Below, piece after piece: positions 56,829 through 64,000 of a DNA stretch of 64,000 nt; the stretch's first letter is position 1, and the number at the start of each line of letters is the position of its first letter. A model generated the notes under the pieces. It was not told the origin of the DNA, made no database searches, and worked only from the letters and a program-made list of their open reading frames with translations. Both the position numbers and the translations under genes were made by a program. The stretch is from assembly GCA_965204725.1 (NCBI GenBank), contig OZ242005.1, forward strand, positions 448,001 to 512,000. The letters run 5' to 3'. This DNA comes from Candidatus Latescibacterota bacterium. GTDB taxonomy: Bacteria > Latescibacterota > UBA2968 > UBA8231.

Positions 56829-59800
56829 ATGATCGCGCTGAATATCGCCTTTTTGCTCGTCTTTGCCATCGGCCCGGTGGCGGCTTCGGCCGGGCCGCGA
56901 GCTGTGGTGGAGCATTTGTCTTCGCTGGGGTCGCGGGTAGCGGGCTATCCGGGGAGCGACCAAGCGGCGGCTTATGTGGAGCGGCGATTGCAGGCGTTGG
57001 GGTTGGCGACGCGACGCGACACCTTTGCGGTGGTGGTGCCGGTGGACCGGGGCGGGCGGCTGGAGTGGGAGGGTGAGTCGGCGGACCTGTACGCGGTGTG
57101 GCCGAATGGGGCGCGGACTTCGACCGTGCCGCCGGAGGGGTTGCGCACCACGGCGATTTGGGGCGGCGATGGGGATTGGGGCGATTTCAATGGGCAAGAG
57201 GTGGCTGGGCGGGTGGTGGTGCTGGACTTTGCGAGTGGCGACGCTTGGCTGAAGGCCGCGTCGTTGGGGGCGCGGGCGGTGGTGTTTGTGGGCGCGGATT
57301 CGGCTACGACTCAGCAGGGGCAAGGCAAGTATGCGCGGGTGCCGTTGGATGTGCCGCGCTTTTGGCTGGAGGGGGCCGCCGGGGAGCGGTTGCGGCGGCG
57401 GTTGGCAGGTGGCGGAGCGGTAGAGGTGGGGTTGTGGGGGCGGATGGATTGGCAGGAGCGACCGGCGTACAATGTGTGGGCGGTGGTGCCGGGGCCGGGA
57501 GCGGGGACGGTTGTCGTCCATGCGTATTACGACGCGCCGTCGGTGGTGCCGGCGCGGGCGCCGGGGGCAGAGGCCGCGGTGAGTGTGGCGACGCTGTTGG
57601 AGGTGGCCGCTCAACTGCAAGCGAACCCGCGGGCGCACACGGTGGTGCTCGCCGCGCTGAGTGCTCACTTCCAAGGGCGGCAGGGCATGGTCGCCTTCCT
57701 CGATAAGCACGCCCGCTCCCACCCGCACTATGCGGCCCGGCTCGCCGAGCCGCTGTCTATTGACCTGTTCATCGGCCTCGATTTGTCCAGCCACGGCGAG
57801 CAGGTGGTGCTGTGGAACAACACGGATAGCTACGCGCTCAAGCGGTTTTTCGTGCCCTTTGGCCGGCGCTTTGCCGAGTACGCAGCGGCCTTGGGGCGCG
57901 CCGAGGCGGTGGCCAATGGCATCAGCCCCATTCGGGGGATGGATTGGGACAGCTATATGCCCGGGGGCTTGGCCGCCGATGGGGAATTGGCACTCGCGGC
58001 CGGGTTCCCATCGCTGACGCTGGCCACGGTGGGCGACGCCCGCTTCGCGCTGGATTTGCCGCTGGACGCGAGTGCGGGGGTGGCGTGGGACCGGGTGGAG
58101 GGGCAGGCGGCGTGGGTGGCCGAGTTGCTAACGCATGCGTTGGCCGATACAGCGCTGTTGGCCGGGCGGGAGCGGCTCGCCGAGGCCCTAAAGGATCGGC
58201 TGCGGGATTTGCGCGTCAAAGCGCGGACGTTCCCCCGGCGCAGTCAGGTGCCGGACCGGCCGGTGCCCGGGGCGTTGGTCGCGGTGCAGGTGGAGCAAGA
58301 AGAGCGCAAGGGGGTGCGCGACACGCGCTACTTTCTCGCGGATGCCGCCGGGGTGGTGCGGGTGCCTGGGTTGGTACAAGGGACGTACCCGCTGGCGATA
58401 GCGGCGTTGGACGCCGAGCGCGGGGCGATTACCCACGTGGTAGATTTGAGCACCCGCGCCCAAGCGCACCACGGCAAGCCGAGGTTGGATGGCCGCTTGG
58501 CCCAGAATGTGCGTTGGCTCCACAACGAGCGGACCGCCGTGCTCTTTCCCGGGGTGGGGCGGCCCTTGTACGGCTTGGTCGAGCCGCGCTTTTTGCATGC
58601 GTTGAACGAAGTGAAGGTGCTGACGGCGGCCGGGAGCGAGCCGCGCCAGTACGGGTACGCGCTGGGGCCGAGCAGCATCGGCTCGGTGGGGGTGATCTAC
58701 GGGCCGGCCGCGGCGGCTGCGACCGACCGCGTCAAAGTGATTTTGGATGGCCAGTTTTTGTTGCTCAACAGCGAGGGCCGCCAAAGCGAGGCCGCCGCAC
58801 GGGGCCGGGGTTTTTTGCTGGCCGAGGAGGGGTTTGGGGCCGCGACCCTACAGGCGGCTCGGGATGTGTGGACCTTGGATGCGGCGCGGCTGGAGGTGCT
58901 CGAAAAGCACGGCATTGAAAACCAGCGGTTGACGCGGCTCCACGCGCAGGCGGCCGGGGCCATCGCCCAAGCGGAAGCAGCGGCCGAGCAACGACGGTGG
59001 GATGAGTACGTGGCGTGGAGCCGCAAGGCACTCGGCTTGGAGACGCGGGCTTACCCGGAGATCTTGGCGACGCTCAACGACGTCCTCAAAGGGGTCATCT
59101 TCTTTATGGTGTTGTTGGTGCCGGCGGCCTTTTTCGGCGAGCGGCTCTTGTTTGCCGCGGCCGATATTCGCCGACAACTCGCGGGCTTTGGGCTGTTGTT
59201 GCTGGCGATTTGGCTGATTTTGGCGCAGGTGCATCCGGCCTTTGAGTTGGCCGAGCCGCTGGTGGTGCTGTTGGCGTTTGCCATCATGGCCATGGCGGCC
59301 TTAGTGCTCTGCATGGTGGTGAGCCGCTTCAACCGCGTCATGGCCCAGCATCAGAGCCAGCAGACGCGGGTCCATGCCCAAGACTTGAGCCGCTTGAGCG
59401 CGAGTTACGCGGCCTTCATGCTCGGGATTTCCAACATGCGGCGGCGACCGTTGCGCACCGGCCTGACCTTGGCGACGCTGACGCTTTTGACGTTTACCCT
59501 GCTCTCTTTTACCTCGTTTGAACAGCAGATCCGCTACGCGAGTTTCCGGCTGCCTCACGCTGGGGCGTATCCTGGGATCCTCATCCGCGACCGCGGCTGG
59601 GAGCGCCTGACGCCGGAGGCCCTTGACTACGCCGAGTCTCATTTTGGCGGTCATGGCTGGCTGGGGCGACGCGGCTGGTACGCGGCCGAAGGCGGTAAGG
59701 GGGGCTGGATTGCGGTGGCCGCGGCGGGGGAGGCGGTGCGGGCCACCGGCTTGTTGGGCCTGACGCCGGCCGAGGCGCGGATCACGCGGGTGGATGAGAG

Positions 59801-62800
59801 CTTGGTGGCCGGGTCGTTTTTTGCCCGCGATGACGAGGCGAGCTGCATCCTGCCGCTGGGCATGGCCGAGGCGCTGGGCGTTGCGGTCGGGGATCGGGTT
59901 GAGGTGTTCGGGCGGGCGCTCACGGTGCGCGGGATTGCCGCCCCCGAGCGGCTGGGTGCGCTGCGCGACCTCGACGGCGAGAGCCTGATGCCGGCCGATT
60001 TTGTCCTGTCGGGCGCGGAAGTGCTCCAGCTCGGGGCCGCACGGGCGGTGGATATTGCCGGCGAGGCGGATCCGCACGCGCTGCGGCCCTTCGTCCACCT
60101 AGAGCCGCACCACGTGGTCCTCGTGCCCTATCAGACGCTGGCCGAGGCCGGGGGTAGCTTGCGCTCGGTGGCCGTGCGCTTTCCGCCGGCGACCGACGGG
60201 CAGGCGCTGGTCGAGGACTATCTGACGCGGGTGGCGGCCACCCTGTTCGTCGGCTCGCCCACAGGAGAGGTGCTGGCCCTAAGCTCGGTGGGCCTGACGA
60301 CCGTGAAGGGGCTGGGGGTGCTGGCGATCCCGACGCTGGTGGCCGCGCTCATTGTGCTCAATGCGATGATGGGGGCGGTGTACGAGCGTCTGCGCGAGAT
60401 CGGCATCTACTCCGCGGTGGGGCTGGCCCCCTTGCACATCGCGTTGCTGTTCGTGGCCGAAGCCTGCGTCTATGCGGTGCTGGGGACGACGCTGGGCTAC
60501 TTGCTCGGCCAAGGGTTGGGGCGGGTGCTGTTGGGGCTGGGGCTGTTGCAGGGCCTGACCGTGAACTACTCGTCCTTGGCGGCCATTGGGGCCGCGCTAG
60601 GGGTGATGGGGGTGGTGTTGCTATCGACGATCTATCCGGCGCGGCAGGCAGCGCGGCAGGCAGTGCCCGACGTGGTGCGGCGCTGGCGGCCAGACCCGCC
60701 GGTCGGCGACGAGTGGCGGTTTGAGTTCCCCTTCATGCTCGGCGCGGGGGAAGTGGAGGGGGTGTGCGGTTTTTTGGCCAACTACTTTGGTGCCTTTGGC
60801 CGGGCGACGCTGGGGGATTTTTACGTCGAGGATATGCAGGTTACGCAGGCCGAGGGCTATCGCCTCGCGTTTGCGCTGTGGCTGGCCCCTTTTGACTTGG
60901 GGGTGAGCCAAGAGGTGGTCGTGGAGTTCGTGCCGGCCGGGGAGCAGGCGCGGGCGATGGAGGTCAGGCTGCGCCGGCGTAGCGGCGAACACCACTATTG
61001 GCAGCGGCTCAATCTGCGGCTGGTGGAGGCCCTGCGGAAGCAGATGTTGATTTGGTACGCGCTCAGGGAGGCCGAGCGCGTCCAGCATGTGGAGTCGGCT
61101 CGGGCGCTGGCGGCCGAGCAGGCCGAGGAGGGCGGGGAGGAACAAGCGGAGGCCGCACCGTCGGCGGCCTTTACTTGGCGGGGGTTTGCGGTGGGGGCGC
61201 TGTTGGCCTTGGGCATCGGCGTAGGGGCGCCCTATGCGGTGATTATGCTGCAAGGGTCGTTCATGGCGCTCAACAGCTCGTCGCCCGGGGCGATCTTCCT
61301 GTTTTTTATCTTGGTGATCGGGGTCAATACCCTGCTGCGGGTCCTCGGCCGCAGCCTCGCCTTGGGGCGGGCCGATTTGGTGCTCATTTACGCGATGATG
61401 CTGTTGGCGTCGGCCGTGCCCACGCAGGCGTTTGTCGGCTACCTGATTCCGATCATCAGCGGGCTGTACTACTACGCGACCCCGGAAAACAACTGGGGCG
61501 AGATTTTCTTTCCGCACGTGACGCCGTGGCTGGTGCCGCAGGACCGGCAGGCGATTGTCGATTTGCACGAGGGGCTGCCGCCCGGGGCGCGCATTCCGTG
61601 GGGGGCTTGGAGCGAGCCGCTGGGCTATTGGTACGCGTTCTTTTTGGCGCTGAGCTTTATGATGCTCTGCATGAGTTCCATCCTGCATCGGCAGTGGTCG
61701 CAGCACGAGCGGTTGGCCTATCCCATGGTGCAACTGCCGCTCAAGATGGTGGAGGAGGGCCGCCCGGGGTTTAAGCTGGCCCCGTTTTTTAAGCAGCGGC
61801 TGTTGTGGATCGGCTTTGCGGTGCCGTTCATTCTGCTGTCGTTCAAGGCGCTGCACTACTACTTCCCGGCGGTGCCAACGCCGCCTCAGTCGGCCGGGCA
61901 GCTCGCGTGGATCGGCGAGGGGACGACGCTAAAATTGGACTGGGTGTACGCGTGGATTGGCTTTTTTTATTTGGTCAACCTAGACATTTCCTTTTCTATA
62001 TGGTTCTTCTACGTCCTCAACAAGGCGCAAGAGGGGATTTTCGCCTCGTTGGGCATTGCCAGCAGCGAAAAGCTCAGTCTCTATTCCTTCTCCCAGACCG
62101 CGGACCTGACCCACGAGGTGATGGGGGCCTGTCTGATTTTCGTCGGCTACACCTTGTGGATGGGGCGGCGGCACTTAGGGGCGGTGTGGCGCAAGGCGTG
62201 GCGCGGCGACCCGGCGATAGATGATTCCGGGGAAATGCTTTCCTACCGGGTGGCGGTCTTTGGTTTTTTGGCCAGCCTGCTCTTCGTGGGCGTCTGGCTG
62301 TGGGCGTCCGGGGTGCCGCTGGCGATTTTGCCGCTGTTTTTGCTGGTGTGCTTGCTATTCTACGTGTTCGTCACGCGGGCGGTGGCCACGGCCGGGCTGG
62401 CGACGGCGCGCTCGCCGATGGTGGCGGCGTTTTTCATCATTTCTGCGGTCGGCGCACCGGCGATTGGGGCCAAGGGGCTGACGGCCCTGACCTTCACGTA
62501 CGTCTGGCAGTCTGAGATGCGGCTCTTTCCGATGATTGCCGCGGCGAATTCGCTCAAGCTGGCCGAAGCGGTGGCTGGGTCCAAAAGGCGGTTGTTTTGG
62601 GGGATGGCGCTGGCGTTGGTGGTGAGTTTGGCCGGGGCGACGTGGATCATTTTACAGGTGTGCTACGAGCATGGCGGGATCAACCTGCATCCGTTCTTTA
62701 TGACCCGTCAGGCCGGGCGCACGTTTGCCGACATGGCGCGGCCGATCGTCGAGCCGTTGCCAGCCGACGGGCGCGGTTGGTTGTTTACTGGCGTCGGCGG

Positions 62801-63089
62801 CCTCCTCGAGGCCGTACTCTTGTGGGGGCACCATCGGTTTTACTGGTGGCCGTTGCACCCGTTGGGGTTTATCGTCAGCGTGGGTTGGCTGGCCGGGCAG
62901 GTGTGGTTTTCGGTGTTTATCGCGTGGGCACTCAAGCTGGGCATTGTCAAATGGGGCGGGATGCCGCTCTACGAGCGGGCCAAGCCGCTTTTTTTAGGGC
63001 TGATTTTGGGCGAGGCGACCGCGGCCGGATTGTGGTTGTGCATCGACGGGGTGCTGGGCGAGACCGGGCATTTTCTGTCGTATATGTGA
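56829..63089 (+). CDS. 2086-aa fusion: M28/PA peptidase-like + FtsX/MacB-like ABC permease + DUF6785-type transporter
   Basis: Signal peptide; SRVAGYPGS...AYYD...APGAE; SNMRRRPLRTGLT and ERLREIGIYSAVG (FtsX); YYATPENNW, HERLAYP, WWPLHPLG; one uninterrupted ORF. Confidence 0.85.
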   Translation: MIALNIAFLLVFAIGPVAASAGPRAVVEHLSSLGSRVAGYPGSDQAAAYVERRLQALGLATRRDTFAVVVPVDRGGRLEWEGESADLYAVWPNGARTSTVPPEGLRTTAIWGGDGDWGDFNGQEVAGRVVVLDFASGDAWLKAASLGARAVVFVGADSATTQQGQGKYARVPLDVPRFWLEGAAGERLRRRLAGGGAVEVGLWGRMDWQERPAYNVWAVVPGPGAGTVVVHAYYDAPSVVPARAPGAEAAVSVATLLEVAAQLQANPRAHTVVLAALSAHFQGRQGMVAFLDKHARSHPHYAARLAEPLSIDLFIGLDLSSHGEQVVLWNNTDSYALKRFFVPFGRRFAEYAAALGRAEAVANGISPIRGMDWDSYMPGGLAADGELALAAGFPSLTLATVGDARFALDLPLDASAGVAWDRVEGQAAWVAELLTHALADTALLAGRERLAEALKDRLRDLRVKARTFPRRSQVPDRPVPGALVAVQVEQEERKGVRDTRYFLADAAGVVRVPGLVQGTYPLAIAALDAERGAITHVVDLSTRAQAHHGKPRLDGRLAQNVRWLHNERTAVLFPGVGRPLYGLVEPRFLHALNEVKVLTAAGSEPRQYGYALGPSSIGSVGVIYGPAAAAATDRVKVILDGQFLLLNSEGRQSEAAARGRGFLLAEEGFGAATLQAARDVWTLDAARLEVLEKHGIENQRLTRLHAQAAGAIAQAEAAAEQRRWDEYVAWSRKALGLETRAYPEILATLNDVLKGVIFFMVLLVPAAFFGERLLFAAADIRRQLAGFGLLLLAIWLILAQVHPAFELAEPLVVLLAFAIMAMAALVLCMVVSRFNRVMAQHQSQQTRVHAQDLSRLSASYAAFMLGISNMRRRPLRTGLTLATLTLLTFTLLSFTSFEQQIRYASFRLPHAGAYPGILIRDRGWERLTPEALDYAESHFGGHGWLGRRGWYAAEGGKGGWIAVAAAGEAVRATGLLGLTPAEARITRVDESLVAGSFFARDDEASCILPLGMAEALGVAVGDRVEVFGRALTVRGIAAPERLGALRDLDGESLMPADFVLSGAEVLQLGAARAVDIAGEADPHALRPFVHLEPHHVVLVPYQTLAEAGGSLRSVAVRFPPATDGQALVEDYLTRVAATLFVGSPTGEVLALSSVGLTTVKGLGVLAIPTLVAALIVLNAMMGAVYERLREIGIYSAVGLAPLHIALLFVAEACVYAVLGTTLGYLLGQGLGRVLLGLGLLQGLTVNYSSLAAIGAALGVMGVVLLSTIYPARQAARQAVPDVVRRWRPDPPVGDEWRFEFPFMLGAGEVEGVCGFLANYFGAFGRATLGDFYVEDMQVTQAEGYRLAFALWLAPFDLGVSQEVVVEFVPAGEQARAMEVRLRRRSGEHHYWQRLNLRLVEALRKQMLIWYALREAERVQHVESARALAAEQAEEGGEEQAEAAPSAAFTWRGFAVGALLALGIGVGAPYAVIMLQGSFMALNSSSPGAIFLFFILVIGVNTLLRVLGRSLALGRADLVLIYAMMLLASAVPTQAFVGYLIPIISGLYYYATPENNWGEIFFPHVTPWLVPQDRQAIVDLHEGLPPGARIPWGAWSEPLGYWYAFFLALSFMMLCMSSILHRQWSQHERLAYPMVQLPLKMVEEGRPGFKLAPFFKQRLLWIGFAVPFILLSFKALHYYFPAVPTPPQSAGQLAWIGEGTTLKLDWVYAWIGFFYLVNLDISFSIWFFYVLNKAQEGIFASLGIASSEKLSLYSFSQTADLTHEVMGACLIFVGYTLWMGRRHLGAVWRKAWRGDPAIDDSGEMLSYRVAVFGFLASLLFVGVWLWASGVPLAILPLFLLVCLLFYVFVTRAVATAGLATARSPMVAAFFIISAVGAPAIGAKGLTALTFTYVWQSEMRLFPMIAAANSLKLAEAVAGSKRRLFWGMALALVVSLAGATWIILQVCYEHGGINLHPFFMTRQAGRTFADMARPIVEPLPADGRGWLFTGVGGLLEAVLLWGHHRFYWWPLHPLGFIVSVGWLAGQVWFSVFIAWALKLGIVKWGGMPLYERAKPLFLGLILGEATAAGLWLCIDGVLGETGHFLSYM

Positions 63090-63193
63090 GATTGAATAGG
63101 CGGAACGAACCCCGGCGGGTTGAACTGCCCGCCGTTTGCGGCGTATTCTATAGTATAGCGGTGCGTTATCATACATCGAGGATTCAACAGTCC

Positions 63194-64000
63194 ATGTTCG
63201 ACTCAAAGCGCGTGCGAGCGGTGCAAAGCCCGGTGATCCCGCATCTGGCCGCCCTCATCCGCGCCAACGAGGGCACCATTTCCCTCGGCCAAGGCGTGGT
63301 TCACTACCCGCCGCCGCCCCAAGCCATGCAGGCGATTGCCCAGTTTGGCGGCGCGATGGCCGAACACCACTATCAGGCCGCCCGCGGCCTGCCCGAACTC
63401 CGAGAAGGATTGCGCCAAAAGCTCGCGGCCGAGAATCAAATTGAGGTGGCCGACGACCAAGTTTTAATGGTCACGGCCGGTTCCAACATGGGCTTTTACC
63501 ACGCGTTGCTCGCCGTGGCCGACCCGGGCGACGAAATTGTCGTGATGGCGCCTTTTTACTTCAACCACGAAATGGCCGTCGCCCTAGCCAATTGCCGGGC
63601 CGTCGTCGTGCCTACGGACGATGCCTATCAGCTCGACCTCGGCGCGATTGAGGCCGCGATTACCGCGCGCACCCGCGCCGTAGTCACGATCTCGCCCAAC
63701 AACCCAACGGGCGCGGTGTATCGGCCCGAGGATTTGGCCGCGGTCAATCGGCTCTGCCGCGAGCGAGGCTGCTACCACTTTGCCGACGAGGCGTACGAGT
63801 ACTTCACCTATGGCGCGGCCCGGCACTTTTCGCCCGGCTCCCTGCCCCACAGCGCAGAGCACACGATCTCGCTCTTTTCCTTTTCTAAGGGCTATGGCCT
63901 CGCCAGTTGGCGGGTCGGCTACCTCGTGGCCCCGCGGCACCTGCTCAGTGCGCTGGAAAAGATCCAAGACACCGTGCTCATCTGCCCGCCGGTCATCTCG
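63194..64000 (+). CDS. PLP-dependent class I/II aminotransferase (partial, runs off the right edge)
   Basis: Not in the ORF track. MFDSKRVRAVQSPVIP...ISLGQG...VTAGSN...SPNNPTG...DEAYE...SFSKGYGLASWRVGY. Confidence 0.92.
   Translation, partial: MFDSKRVRAVQSPVIPHLAALIRANEGTISLGQGVVHYPPPPQAMQAIAQFGGAMAEHHYQAARGLPELREGLRQKLAAENQIEVADDQVLMVTAGSNMGFYHALLAVADPGDEIVVMAPFYFNHEMAVALANCRAVVVPTDDAYQLDLGAIEAAITARTRAVVTISPNNPTGAVYRPEDLAAVNRLCRERGCYHFADEAYEYFTYGAARHFSPGSLPHSAEHTISLFSFSKGYGLASWRVGYLVAPRHLLSALEKIQDTVLICPPVIS

Noticed and set aside
56900-57620. Strong G/T skew at the start of the giant gene as a G-quadruplex or repeat element
   Set aside because: Explained by Gly/Val/Ala/Trp-rich coding with G-ending codons; no periodic unit visible.
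1-64000. tRNA, rRNA, tmRNA, integrase or prophage genes at island borders
   Set aside because: No cloverleaf, rRNA signature, recombinase or phage structural motif recognised by eye.

Overview
GC-rich bacterial window with about 55 CDSs. The gene content (FlgD/T9SS-type domain protein, two DUF6785-type membrane domains, many Gfo/Idh/MocA, enolase-superfamily and PhyH enzymes, futalosine pathway) suggests an FCB-superphylum organism such as Latescibacterota or Gemmatimonadota, possibly a sponge symbiont; this is inference only. Core genes recognised: surE, a TPP riboswitch-TonB receptor-thiN operon, mqnB-mqnD, purM, hisE-hisG, an ABC-2 exporter, a DUF2089/DUF4097 operon and creD. Visibly AT-richer accessory blocks lie at about 6.5-8.4, 14.7-16.5, 22.9-24.8, 31.7-34.5, 44.8-47.1 and 50.5-55.3 kb. 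Main observations: (1) an intact three-gene cassette (TIGR04255-like protein, conserved hypothetical, small ART/RES-like protein) that is a candidate toxin-antitoxin-chaperone defence system; (2) a 2086-aa fusion of a degenerate M28/PA peptidase domain, an FtsX-like permease and a DUF6785-type transporter, with a stand-alone paralog of the last domain 55 kb away; (3) three separate toxin-antitoxin loci where the antitoxin is intact and the toxin survives only as a fragment; (4) a TA-flanked MITE family whose shared terminal repeats carry two different palindromic cargos and donate gene starts and stops; (5) a restriction island broken by two IS5 elements; (6) a probable ATC start codon. No rRNA, tRNA or CRISPR array was seen. 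All family assignments come from motif recognition by eye, not database searches.
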